Assembly (NCBI RefSeq): GCF_008831285.2
Contig: NC_045138.2
Span: forward strand, 28,272,001 to 28,336,000
Direction: 5' to 3'
DNA: 64,000 bases
Origin: Nymphaea colorata
Lineage: Eukaryota
The translations under genes and the position numbers were made by a program. Below the pieces are notes generated by a model. The model was not told the origin of the DNA and did no database searches. It was given only the letters and a program-made list of their open reading frames with translations. Of this stretch, positions 13,640-27,411 are shown piece after piece. Each line of letters starts with the position of its first letter. Position 1 is the stretch's first letter.

Positions 13640-14374
13640 TCTTGATCAAACTTCTGGGCGCGATCAATCTACTCCAATCCTTCTCACCACAACCAACCAT
13701 GCGTCTCAGGACCAACAACCCACTTCAAAGGCCGCTGCTCCTATCTTCCCACCCCAACTTTTGGACACGGGAAACACCATGAAACATTGTATGAATCACT
13801 TTGAGCAAAGAGAAGGAAGACTTTGGGGATTATAAAGGAGAAAGGAATAACAATATTTAATACTAAAACAATACTTTATACCAAGATTGAACAACACATG
13901 AGCTTTTTTTCTGTGTGTACATATGAAAAGGATGCCTAGCAGAGTGAGTGGGGACGGCTGATCTTGGTGAACTAAAACAAAAAAAAAAAAACATACGAGG
14001 GGGGTGAGGATAAGATCGGTAATATTAGAATTACTTTCAGATTCGACATTATCCTTTGCTTTGTAGCATGGAAAAGAGGCAATCGGATAAGGTCTGGAGT
14101 CATCCCCATTCATCCTCGTCACCTCCCTCTCTATCACCTTTTCTTGGACAATTCAATGCAGCCTTCTTAGTTCTTCCCCCCCTTTCCTCTCGTGAATCGG
14201 CTGAAAGCCACGCTGGGCCCGACTCGCATACCACCAGCCCGATTCAAACACAGCCGAGTCGGATCACTTAATTTCTCGGGACATATGTTTGATAACATGA
14301 AATTAATATGGTACATGATTGATTTGAAAAAAAAAAATACTTGCATACACATAAATAACGTGTCACTTAAGAGT

Positions 14375-14790
14375 GTCAATGGATCATATAAGAATTGAAT
14401 ATACTATTAACAGTATCTATTTTTTTGGATATTTGATTCGAACAAAGAAACGTAATATCTGAATCTGAAATCCAATTTTACAATTTGAGTCTAATCTGAA
14501 TCTGATTTTTACATTCATATATAAATCTTAAATCTGAAATTTAGAATTAAATCTGGCCGATTTCAAAACATAAGAGTATCGGATATAAGATGCTTATTTA
14601 AAACTAAATTTGATGTTAGTTTGAATTTGAATCCGATTGAATATTTATGTATATATAAATTTGAATCAGACCTCACATCATTTCTTAAAGTTGAATATGA
14701 TTTGCTTTGTTAATCAGTATTAAGTTTTTTCATATCCGATTTTTTCAAAACTGTACCTGATCTAAATTGAATGTAATAATATTCTTAATA
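14375..14790. mobile_element. Degenerate non-autonomous DNA-transposon (MITE-like) remnant of the (aatctg/atccga)-rich family
   Basis: Dense aatctgaatc/atccga/tcggat motifs. Similar tracts at about 17810-18140, 18290-18540, 18625-18785, 25120-25400, 36710-36950 and 54720-55160. Ends not well defined. Confidence 0.5.
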
Positions 14791-16528
14791 TCATCAGTAC
14801 GGGCTCAATTAATTGTATTGAGCCAAACACCAATCATCAATAAACTCGTAAGGGGACTGGAGTTCGGCTCTCATCCCTTCTGGTCTATATAGATTGAAAT
14901 ATCCCAAAAATATACTCAATAATCATATAAAAGATTGGTCAGACATGCCAATTTGTTTTAACACGAATCATTACGTCTCGTCACGAGACAGATGCTTATT
15001 AGAATCGGTTCCAAAGGAGTCAAAAGTCGAACCGGGTCGTCAAACCAATGTGATTGGTTCAAATCTTTCCGAGGATCCGGATGGGTCCCACAATGCTGAT
15101 GAAATGTGGACGAAAGTGGTCAGACGTGAGGAGGAAGTTGCCAGTTGCCACCACCTCTTTCTCCTTCATCGACGAGCGTGCGTGCACGCCGCTGTGTGTG
15201 TGTGTCATCCTTATCCCCAGCTGCGAGCGACCACGTGGGGTCCACTGGAACTGGACTTTCCAGTGTGCATGTGGAGAAGCTTCCTTCATATTCAGGGGCG
15301 GAGCGATGTGGGGCCCAAGGACATGGGTCCCACAGGAAGCCCTAATTTTATGCTGGATTCGCGCATGACAATCTACTGTCCTCACATTGCTTCCCTCTCT
15401 TTTTCTCTCCCACCAACCATTTTGGAGTTACTTATTTACTAAAACATTTTTAAGAGAATTGGGATCGTGATGCTTTTTCATATTATCGAACCAGATGAAT
15501 GATTGTCTGTATTAAGTTTTATACTTTTTTATGTGAAAAATCGAAGAGTAATTTTGTTATGTAGTGTTGTGGGAGGATTGAGATTCAAGTTTTACATGTT
15601 GGAAGAGGCTCAGCTTAATTCAAATGGTTTTGTTGTGAGAAACTACTTTCAAAATTCATCATGCAATTCTCAACTGCGAGCTGCTTTTAGATTTGAATCA
15701 GTTTGAGGGAGTGGGTCATGCCAAAATAATTAAAAAAGACCAAAAGGGCCGGCTTCTAATCATCTAATCAGGATTGTTCTATCTAATGCAGATGAATGAT
15801 TGAAAGAAAAACACTAAGAAAAATGTGAAAATTATTATTACATGATGACGAAAATGCCTATCACATTTTTCTTTTTGTTTTTCTCTTAATCACCCATCAC
15901 GATGGATCGAACCAGCTCTTATTAGATGCAAGGTGCCTCTTAAAAGCTAAAGTCATCATTCAATTTTCATATGTATATGAAGATTCAATTGAAAAAAAAA
16001 CTATGTTGGTGTTAACAATTGTTCATTCTGTAATGGTTTTACCAATGATTTATGATTAGTTTAGCAATGAATTTCTAAATTTTAACAATCCAACAACAAC
16101 GGTTTGAGATGCTGTTCTGACTTTTCCTTTGTACCATATATGTGTAAAAGATTTAACAACGGTACGTTAGAAGAGAAAAAATTACAACCATATTTGAAAC
16201 TACTAAATCAGTAAAACCAACAGTTGACCACCCCAGATGGGAGAAAGAACTGTCGGGACAAAGGATGGACTTGTCATCATCTTCACCTTACATTCCAGAA
16301 GTCGTTTATTATGAGATCATCAATGCGCGTGTTAAAGGACTCCCACAGAACACCATACATGTGGTTCATATCTTTCGATGACTTAATAAGAGATCGACTT
16401 CATCCCAATCTGGTTGCCAAACCTGTCCATTGACAGAAATCACTTTATATCGAGCTTATCTGCTTCTGCTGACATGATACAGACCCACCGCTCAAGTAAT
16501 ACGCTATAGCTCCACCTCTTGTTCTCCA

Positions 16529-16736
16529 TCTCCTCTTCTCTCCTGTTCCCAGCTCCAGAATTGCATTTAAACATGAATGGTTTTATAGTATATCTTTCTC
16601 CTCTTTTCTCCTGTTCCCAGCTCCAGAATTGCATTTAAACATGAATGGTTTTATAGTATATCTTTCTCCTCTTTTCTCCTGTTCCAAGGTTCAGAATTTC
16701 ATTTTAGACATAGAATGGTTTTACAGTATGTCTTTT
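16529..16736. repeat. Tandem repeat, 68-bp unit x3 (third copy diverged)
   Basis: tctcctctt(c/t)tctcctgttcccagctccagaattgcatttaaacatgaatggttttatagtatatctt starting at 16529, 16597 and 16665. Confidence 0.9.
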
Positions 16737-17809
16737 AGCTCGAATGTGGTACATGTCTGCAGTTCAGAAGAATTATCACAGAATAATTATCACTGTTGAG
16801 AAGAATTATCACTGTTCAAAGAATTACCACTTACAAAATTCAAACGAATAAACAGACACGTATCAAAAGAGGTCACGGAATCACAAAGTCTTATCATTTA
16901 CAAAGTCACAAAACGGAGGACAGCACCAATACCATGGGCGCCTGTTTCTTTGCATTTAATTAGTTGGCTACCTCCTAACTGCATCTCTTTTTCTTTCTTA
17001 GCATTACATCCACACAAAAGCGTTGTACGGGACATTTCTTTTTCTCCCTTTTCCTCCTTCTTTCGTCTCTCTTTCTTTCACTTTTTTTTTAGATTACTGT
17101 GTACAGCGAAGCTTTAAAAGTGCAGAAAGCATCCCAATTCTTTGGCTAAAGCGAACAAGCTTCCAAATTCGGCATACTGTTTACAATGGCAGAGCCGGTT
17201 TTGCACCCCCTGTATTCCTTTTCCTTCTCATTAGATTCCGTGTGTGACCACTCATTGGAAGAATATGCTTTTCATTTCTCAAATTTTCCTGTCCACGTAA
17301 ATTTTAAAATGGAAAAATGTGTCGGTTATGATTCTTTAGCTTACTACTGAATATGTAATTGCTTGTTTGTTGGAATAGTTGTTGTTGAGACATTATGACG
17401 TTTAAGAGAGTCACGTTATCAATGTCAATATATCCAATCGCATAATCACAGAAAATGCGTTTCTTTTTTAAAAAAAAAACTCTAAAAAAATCCGATAAAT
17501 TAACTGACCGTTTAATACTTAAAAGAAAAAAAGTTTTTTTTAAACATTAAAAACGAAAAAAAACGTTTTTAATGCATTTTTTCAGTTTTTTTAATGTCAA
17601 ACAGTTTTTTTTTCTATTTTATATTTGTTACAAATCTACTTATCTTTTTTTATGTTTGTATTATTAGTTTCTTATTTATTTTATTTTTCCTTTATTTTTA
17701 TTTTTTAATTATTAAAAATTTACATTTTTTTTATTTTTTTCAAGTTCACCGTATTATACCCAAAAAAAAACTCACCGTTTAAAACTCTGAGACGTTATTT
17801 ATAACTATA

Positions 17810-18785
17810 TTCCAATATAGATTTGAGATCAAATCAAACTATTTCAGGATATATATAAATATCCATTTGGGTTCATATCAAATTTGAATGTGAATTGAAA
17901 AGTTGGATTTGGATTTGAAATCAGATTTCAGGTTCAGATTCAGATCCAGATATGCTCTTTTTCATTCTTATACATCTGAAAATGTGAACATCAGAAAAAA
18001 TAGGAACATGTTTAAAGGATACATCTCTGATTTGAATCCCAATTGCAAATGTGTTCTTGTTGAAACACATGTTTTTTAATATCATGTTCTTATTCAGGAA
18101 ATCAAGATCTGAATATGAATACTTTTCTGCCATTTACCCAAGGAAACAATGCCTTTGCCCTGCCATTTTGCACAGTGGTAGCTTTCCGGGTGTTTCTAGA
18201 AGTTTTTGGATCTAGAATGGTTAATAAAGGCACTTTTTCCTTTTGTATAATTTCTGAGATAGCACCATTCTAAAAAAATCGAATATAGAAACAGATCAGA
18301 TTTGGATTTTAAAAATGACATCCAATTAGATTCAGATTCAGATTGGATTTAGTTTTAAATAAGTATTTTATATCATATTTTCTTGCATCTTAAAAATCCA
18401 TCTGATTCGGATTCAGATATAAATGCAATGCAAAAATTGAATTCAGATTGTAAAATCGGATTTTTTATTTAGATACGACTTTTTTTGTTCGTATTTGAAT
18501 CCAAATATATGAATATCCAGAAAAACATGCATATTGTGTTACCATCACATTCATCACGTTTTTTGCATATTTCTTGGATTGTTACCACATCTTATCTATT
18601 TGCACATCTCATATATCCTGACATATATCGGGTGCCGTAAATGGGTTCGATCTTATCTGGTTACATGTAAAATCTGAATTCAATATTTATATCTGAATCT
18701 GAATGATGTAAAATCCGATTAAGTTTGATTTTCTACCGTGATCCAGCCCAAATCCAAACCATTCGCATCCACAGATCCATTTCTA
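17810..18785. mobile_element. Cluster of degenerate MITE-like remnants (tcagat/atccga-rich family)
   Basis: Repeated ttcagattcagatccaga, atccgatt and ttggattt motifs, same texture as 14375-14790. Confidence 0.45.
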
Positions 18786-21472
18786 TAACTCTCCTAAATG
18801 TCCAACAAAAGAATTGAGAACTTTTGAGGATAGCCACAGGACTTGATGATAAGCTCAACTGCAAGCAACGTCATTTTCTATCATAGTCTGCTTGCCTGGA
18901 ACGTGACATCTTTCTTCATGACAAGGAACTTGCATAGCAACAGTGGTACCACTAATGGGTTCCATCTACAAATAAACACCACATGTCTAAAAATTTGCTG
19001 TGTCATCGATTAGGAATATGGATTTCTATTGCACCTTTGCGGACCATCCACGCGCAACCACATGTCGACACGATCAGGGGCAGAGGAAAGGAGGGGGGGC
19101 AACAGGAGCCCCAGCTACACTCTCCACACCGTCCCCCTTCATATTTGGTGTTGGGGTAAGAACTACTCACACGAGAATATATGTAGCTCCGCTACTGGTC
19201 TTCTGAATTCATGGCAATTCCCCATGATTCACAAAAAAAGAAAAAAAAAAAAAAGAGGATGAATCTGAGTAGTCCGATCAAAAAGGATGTCGGCCCTGGT
19301 TTGACCTTCATGGATCTATAATATTTTTAGAGTCACCATTCAGTGACTATATGAAACAACTCAAACCCATTTCTGAGCTCGAAGTCTCGGACCCTTAGTC
19401 TGGTGGATTCCAACCTACCCCCTAGCAATTTCGGCTCCAGTCTCTCAAAAAGACTAGAAACAATGACATTCATCTATTTAATTACCCTATTTATAAGGCT
19501 CTTGAAGACCTATCACAATCTTCAATACATAACTAAATTTTTGAGGTGCTACACATTGTTATCACCAATCGGGACAGCGGAAGGAGATCAAACTTCTTGC
19601 AGATGTGAATATAGGGGACAGAAATGGATCGCCTCGATCAAAAATCTGAAAAAATCGAGTGAGCCTCATACAAAATAGAGTTGGGTATCCATGAACCCGT
19701 TGAATGCTACTTGAATATCCGATCAATTTCATCTTTGCCTTTTCCCTCTCTAATTTTTTTATTTCACTTTCTCCCTTGTTCTCTGTATTTTTGCTTCGGA
19801 GTCGAGGCTACTTAGTCTGTTGCCCGATCTTTTGATCCATGGATTAGCTCTGCCCGTCTGCCTATAGACATGAAACCCTTTAATTTGAGAATATTATCGT
19901 GTTTCTTTTCTAAATAAATTCAATGGGAAGATCCAACCTGACCTAAATAATCCTATTTGGGAGAATTGGAATCATCATGGTCCACTCAATTTCATCAAAC
20001 GCTCTTCTGTTTTTCCTTTTGTTCTCTTCTTTGTCGCATATTTTTTATGTCTCCCAGTCGTTTGATACCTTTCATACAGGATAATATCTTCTATGGTTAA
20101 GAGAACAACACAAGAGCTGAACTCTTTTGAGAGCAACATTAAAACCTGTTAGATGTCTGACCAAGCCTTAATTACAATGAATCAACGATTTTGTTGATTA
20201 ATGATTGATGTCTGCTACACTGATCCTGCAGGTAAGATACAGATCGATAGCATGCTTCAATCACAAAAGAAAAGATGGATCGAAGCAACTTTCTTCGCAA
20301 GATGTCTAGGCTTTGGTGAATTCTCTACAAGATGTTCGATTATTTATATGAATCAGCCTCTCGTTCCATTTGTTTGCGATTGTTGAAGTCAAAGTGTCTT
20401 GGATCATCTTAATCGAGCTATGACTACTTATCTAACAGTGGATACTCGCCAATCATTTTGTTGAAATAGCAAAAGCTCAATTTCTGAATTCTTTCAGTTG
20501 ACTGCTTAGATTAGACAGGAAACAAGCAAAATTTAATGGAAAAAACATCCAAACTTGAGTCGTTCTATGTCACCAGAACCTAAGCATGCTGTTGTAATTA
20601 AAAGTTGATAATCCTAACGAGACGAACATAAAAATACGTGAGACCAATTTGTTTCCCTTGAAAGAACCCCACAAGTTTAACCCAGTACCATCCAAGAAAC
20701 TATTTGTACTGACGTGCCTCAGGTAGTATAGTGTCCACTAAGTCTGTTTCTAAATAGAATTTCCAAAGTGGAATCCTTATTAATGCTTTCGTTTTCTTAT
20801 ATCCTTTTTATCATCATTATTTCATCGAATTGATCCTTCGCCAAAGAAACTGATTCTGGGACAACATGAATCCGCTACGACCTTACAGAGTTCAATCAAA
20901 GTCGAAGTCGACCATTCAGATCTAAAAAGGCAGCTGAAGTTCATCACAAACGACTCAGACGAGGGTAAAACTTGGCGAGCTTTAGTGAGTCAACACCAAA
21001 CTCTTCCAAAGCATCGGTACCGACCTTCTAGAACAAGGAGAAATCCTCCACCACCTACCCTGCGTTGAAAAGCTTATGATTGGTAAAGCACTTGAGTGTC
21101 GTTCTTCCTTTCGCGTACGGAGAAGTATAGGTGCACTCGAAATCCAGATGTTAAGGATACAATACCACTAATCTGATTCAATTTCCATATTATTCAGATG
21201 ATAAAAGGACAGAGGGTATCAGGCCAACGGAACTGGCTGCTGACATATAGAGGGGGAAATGAACAACCAGCACAACAGCAAAATTGCATGAGTTCCCATG
21301 AAAGTCAGAAACAAGTAACAAAATATGAATGTAAAGAATATATCAACATCAACTGAGGTACTAAAATTCAGATGCCTTTGTGCTGCAAAATAGACACCAT
21401 AGGCACAAACAAGAGATGCCGCGCTGATCTCCAGTGGCCAGACTATGAGGAAAATACCATAACTGGCCATTC

Positions 21473-22630
21473 TTATTTCATCAACTTCTCGTAATTTGCT
21501 CTACTGTTCCTCCTCGCACACTCCAAGATAGTTTTATCAGCAGTAATAAAGTATGCTGCGGTTGAGGCTGCTCATAACCAAAAGATAACAAAATTATCTA
21601 CCTGCTGTGGGACAACTACCATCCGGTTTTTACAGCTGTATTTCACGCAACATGCAAATTTCATAAAAAAGGATGGAGGGTATGTAAAGATATAAATACA
21701 TACTGTCGTTACATCTCATGAAAGGAATCAGCAAGGACTACTCGAACTTTGTCAAGTAGTAAGGGACTAAAAGACATTTTCCAGTGTAGAAAAAGGAAGA
21801 AAAGCCCCAACAAAGTACATGGTCCAAATCAGTGCACGATTGGTATTATGCTATTGAATACAAGATTAGATGCAGGCTTTAACATGATCAAAAAATGTTT
21901 TCTTTTGGACATTTTTGTTTGTCAGATGGCACAGCTTTAGTAACCTTTCAGAGTTTGCAACAATGCAGGAAACAAACACAATAAGAATATTTGAGGTCAA
22001 TGACATTTGTGCCAAAGGCAGCAGATGATGGCCTTCATTAACATATAAACTAATGTGGTACCAACTGGATTACTGCAATCACCATTTTGATGATGCCACT
22101 AAAACAATGTAATGACATTAATGCAAAAGATTACCAATAATACCAAATCATAACTGAAAACACTGAAAAACCTAATTGAAGTTTGTAGCCAATCCAAATA
22201 ATGAAGCTTGTCTAGCAAAATGGACCTCAAACTGGATGGGCTTTCCGACAGAGTGGATCATACTCTTGGTGAGATGAATTAGTGTGTATGACAATACTGT
22301 TTTAGATTTAACTGAACAAGCCTATAGTTAAAATGATCTAAAACATGCACGTCATGTATCATCAAATTGTAAAGCTTCTTGAACTTTTGCAACCAGTAGC
22401 CTCACTAATTGCAAGACAAGGATGTGTTTATGGCATGATCCATGAATTGGTCTCAAAGTCACCATTAACAAACATAAGACGAACCCGGAAACTTATAGCA
22501 TATGAATAAACACATCTTATGGGCAAGAAATGGTGATATTGCTTTTGGTTTTCTTGCAATAATTTCTAGTATCACCTCTTGTGCAGATAAATTTGATCAT
22601 GGAAAAGAGCTCTCTCTCTCTCTCCCTCTC

Positions 22631-22661
<31 letters not shown>

Positions 22662-22682
22662 CCCTCTCTCCCTCTCTCTCTC

Positions 22683-22735
<53 letters not shown>

Positions 22736-24942
22736 TATACACATGCTTGTCCAAAAGCTTTATGCACATACACTGGAACTTGGGGATATCAAGCTAAGGA
22801 GAGGCTGAGTCCTTCATATCCAGAAAACCATGAAAAAGATTTCCTTTTCCTACCAAAAGGCCATACATAATTAAAGTTGCAATGAGCTATGGAAGCTTTT
22901 ATCAGTGTGCACAGACTTTTAGACATAGACAAGCCATAGAAAATGTGTGGAGAACACAACCTGTTGCAAAACTCTAAGCAAAAGCACAAGTATGCACTAG
23001 GTATCTCAATTGATAGCATCTAGCTAGTTTACACTCCTAATCATACCAAGTTCCTAACAGCTCCAACCATTTCACAATTTCATAGCTGCAAACTTTGTTT
23101 ACTTCAATACAAGTTTGAAACAAATAAATATCCAGAAGATGCTTTTTGTGACCAGTTATTATTATAGTGTTACACATCATAAGCTCTTTAATTTGCATAT
23201 TGTATGCATAAAAATGCCCCCATCTTGCCGGCAGAAGATTGAAATTTTTTTGTGGACTAAAACAACATTAAAATAATTTCAAATTGACTGCAACTGATAA
23301 GCATTTGCAAATCACACCTGTTGTATTCAATGCAAAATCCCACAAAGAACTATTTATTGTGAATAAACAGATTCTTACAAATCTAAAAGCAATAGATGAA
23401 GTGAATTCCAAATTTGAGCTATTGATCATTAGAAGCACATGTATGAGCATACTTCACAAAAGAATGTGGCCTGAGACTCTGAATTGAACATATTACTAGA
23501 TAGTGATATAAAAAACCCAGGTTTGTTTTCGTTTTGTTTATCTTGTCAATTACCTGCAGATATAATTAGAGCCTGTGCTGTGTGGTTGAGATTAGCCTTT
23601 GCCCATGGGATGACACGGACACCAATCAGCTGAAAATTGACAAAGATAGGCCAATTAAAAAGGGGAAAGACAAAAAGGGAAAGAACTCACAATATAAGTG
23701 CTACTTACTCCTGAAAGACTAGAATATACTAGTTAAACCCGAGTCACTGAGGCTGAGTAAGGGAATCGTCATAAAAGCCAATAAAATTTTGCAGTATAAC
23801 AGTAATGTTCTTTACATTTCGGATACCCGTTTGAATTGGAAATGTAAAGAATGTGTGATGGCTCAAAGAAATCGAAAGAGAAAAAGAAACCTCCTAATCA
23901 ATCCATATTGTACTTTGTACACAGACAATAACATGGATGCATCCATTCATAAAGGGACTTGCCTAAGTTCTGGGTGGAGGCTAAGCCTCTGGCAAGGGAG
24001 CCCAATAACAATAATATCAATTGAAGTTAACATGTATAGCATTCAATTAGAACACTTACCAACCTAACGAACCCTTACAAATTGCCAAAAGCATGGTCTC
24101 GTACCTAACATGATTTCTGCCAAAAAAAATTGGCAAAGAGAAAAAAAAAAAAAGGTAGTACCCATACTGTCAATGGGAAGACTATACAAGATAGCCAATT
24201 TGCCATGGAATGTAACCATGATAAATGTAATATAGCATCCTTACCCATGATGCAATAGTCCCATAGTTAATATCGATCACAATTGGGTCCATATAAGCAC
24301 AAATAAAGTTAAGACCAACAATTACAAAGAGTCAGATAATAAGCAATAGCTACTGATGTAAATTAACAAACAAATTGCTCAAAAGTCCTCTTACCCAATT
24401 GACCAAACAAATGGAAGTATTAAAGAAAAATAGTATTGTACAGACCACATCAAATCAAAATCCAAATTTCACATGAAATTTGCATTAAGAAAAAGGAAGC
24501 AAGCTACACTGGCCAGATTTTCGATAATGAAAATGAACCCAAAAAAATCCTATTCAGCTCATCAAACGAAAGCATAAAGGGTAACAATATAATCACCACA
24601 ATCTCTTTGCACCCATTAATGGGACATGTAAAATTCGACTAAATTCAAGAAGGGAGAAAACAGCCAATTACCGTAGGGATGGCGCTGCCAACGGCGGCAG
24701 CCCCTGCCGCCTTCATTCCAGCTCGAACCCCCGCTGCACAAGACACCCACAATAATGTTAATCAGAGAGTGAGAGAGAGAGAGATATATAGAGAGGCTAC
24801 CTTCCGTGCACCGCTTGGCATTGAGATCCATCTGCTGTTGGTTACTCAATTTTGTACTCTCGTGGGGAGATGGAATCACTAAAGATTGGTCTCTGGGCCT
24901 GAACAATCCAATCATTCCCGATGCCGTGTTGCCACAACTCAT
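21473..24942 (-). CDS. ENOD93: Early nodulin-93-like protein (about 124 aa, 4 exons)
   Basis: Exons 24942-24801, 24733-24672, 23629-23554, 21567-21473 (375 nt, GT-AG, frame preserved). Translation MSCGNTASG...AKRCTEAGVRAGMKAAGAAAVGSAIPTLIGVRVIPWAKANLNHTAQALIISAASTAAYFITADKTILECARRNS...MK* carries the ENOD93 hallmarks PWAKANLNHTAQALIIS and YFIxADKTIL. Mostly invisible in the ORF track. Confidence 0.92.
22609..22735. repeat. Compound microsatellite: (CT)n with CC interruptions followed by (CA)n, in ENOD93 intron 3
   Basis: Direct reading. Confidence 0.95.
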
Positions 24943-27411
24943 CTTCTTCTTGTTCTTGTTCTTGTTCTTCTTCTTCTTCTTCTCTCTCTCTCTCTCGTGT
25001 GTGTTTGTTGAACTTACATGCATGGGAAATTCTGTTGGGCTCTCCCAGATGTCAGGCGGCTGGGGAGCGGGGAGCCCACCGCTGCTTCTGGGGCGCAAGC
25101 TGGTCGCATGAATCCCGGGTAGTAAAGGACATGGATCATGATCCGAGTATTTTGAAGCAGGTCCCAGACCGGGTCCGAATCCGATTAGATCTAATGTAGA
25201 ACAACTATAACCGGATTGGAATTTTGGCATGGTGTAACACAAAGGGAGGAGGTCAAAACATGGATCTAGATTGGTTGGACTTAGATCGGACCCAGGAGTC
25301 AACAAGTTTGCCTTACCTGGGTCTACTTTTATTAGACTCTACAGCGATTACAATGGTGGATCAGATCAAATTGAAACCAAACCCACATATGATTGGTAAG
25401 CATATAAAGTTTTAGATTTGTTTCCGTAGATTATTTATAAGATAACCTAAAGCTGCGTAACAACATGACATATATGCTAACAGGTTTAACAACACCCTCA
25501 TGAGCACTTCGGTTGCTTCATATCATTTTTGAGATAAATTTATGAAACACGCATACATTGTCGCTGCTGCCAAACAATTCCTAAGTGGGAAAAGTTTGTT
25601 GCTTCTTTATGAATCTGTCACAAAGACTGAGGCGTTTGTCTTAAGATTTAGATTAAATTTAGTCAACTAACCCGCAAAGGGTCCTTTAGCTAGAGTAATA
25701 AAGCGCCATCTGACTGCAATAACAGTTTGTTACAGTTTTATAATATGCCCCAATCTTTAGAATAGGTTCATGGACTTACTATATTGTATAAAGACAAATT
25801 CACAAAATAACTGTTCTAATTACCAATGAACAGGTCCAACCTAAACTCAATTAAATAATTTTCTTTTATGTGTGTTTTGAACTATGTGAAATTAAAAAAA
25901 AAAAAAAAGAACAGCAGTCCAAGTAATAAAAACTGGCAAGAAATTGCACGACTCTGAGCACCTGCTAAGTATCATATCGGATGATAAAATGACCAAAATA
26001 CCCTTCATCAAAGAAATTAAAGACACCAATTACAAGTACAAGAAAAATGCTTACGATAAATAAGCAATAATGAGCATATGGTTGCGTTAAAATTAAGTAA
26101 GAGACGATATTCTCGACTTTTGTTGTCTCCGGTGGCATGGTTTGTCTAGAATATTAAATTAAACTGTGCAAGATAGTGACTCTGTCTGTTATAAACCGTG
26201 CTTTGGTTTTTAACCTAATTTAAAAATGGTCTTTGATCATTAAGTTCTCCCGGTTGTATGAGCATCTAATTTTCTTAGTCATTGAAAAACTTGTAGTTCA
26301 GCATGAAACATAGCCAAATGAACATACTTTCTCTACTAAATCATCAATTATAAGGTCCTATTTGCAAGATTATGCTAACAAAACACACATATAGATGTAG
26401 GGAGTGACTTGAAGATAGATTATATTAAAGTTTTTGAAAAAACTTCAAGGGCTTATATAGACATGTGCCATTCCCATGGCTCCAGATTCCAAATATGCCG
26501 CCTATTGGTGCTTCTTAAGTGGTTTATGTCTTTTTCTTGAATAAATTAATTATATGAAATTTTGATGTTTAGATTAGAATTTGAGTCAAGAGAATAAGCA
26601 TGTTAATTCCAGTTGGCTTGTAGAATTGAATTCATACATCAGATTTTTCTTGTTTTTCTAACATTTATTTTACTTACAAATAAAAATTGATCTGGCCAAA
26701 AAACTTTGTCATGGGGCTCCAAGATGCTTCCATACCTGTCAGTTTCTTTGTTCCTGATATTTATTACAGCTTCTAGCTTATGATGCATTGAAGGTGACAA
26801 ACAACCTAATATAATAACAACACACGTTGAATATATTCATATAATCATCTACCAAAGTTGATGCTTAAATTCATCCTAACAATATATTGTATTTCATTAT
26901 AATATGATATCATCCCTGTCAAGTCTCATCGATATTATTAAAATAATAATATGGTTGATATCATTGTTGAGGGCCAACCCATTATCCTATATAATATGTT
27001 GTCATGGACCCAGCTACTCCTTTAACGCAAAAATCCCTACTGTGGATTTAATTCTGGCCAAAAAAATAACATTTCATTGCTTGCCTACGACTGTTAATTA
27101 AAGTTTAAAAACGGGAAGTCAAAGGACCAAAATTCTATAAAGAATGGTTTTTCCCAACAATGAAAAGCAACTAGCGAAGGAAAACAAGAAGGAGAAAAAA
27201 AAATTATTGGGAACCGTTGGCCTATTTCTTCAAAGTTGGTGGCATTTGTGATCATGCTTCCCAGATTATTACACAGAAAAGTATAAAGATGAGCTAGAGA
27301 GAGAGAAAAAAACCAGAAGGTAACAAAAATATAGAATTGCAGGAGGAAAGTGCTGGTGCCCAAGCCCAGCTGAAAATTAACAAGGTTAATTTTTCTTTTG
27401 TATTTGTTAAT

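Noticed and set aside
14894..15442. 182-aa ORF and overlapping ORFs
   Set aside because: No recognisable domain or splice structure. Open frames on both strands are explained by locally higher GC; it looks regulatory.
22502..22870. ORFs with LSLSLS/RERERE runs
   Set aside because: Translations of the (CT)n/(CA)n microsatellite.
24616..25305. 229-aa minus-strand ORF as a standalone gene
   Set aside because: It is ENOD93 exon 1 read through microsatellites, intron 1 and an upstream MITE-like tract. The spliced ENOD93 model explains it.
25678..25715. tRNA/SINE-like 5' end (gggtcctttagctagagt...)
   Set aside because: No B-box or cloverleaf can be completed. No tRNA, rRNA, snRNA or known miRNA was recognised anywhere in the window.
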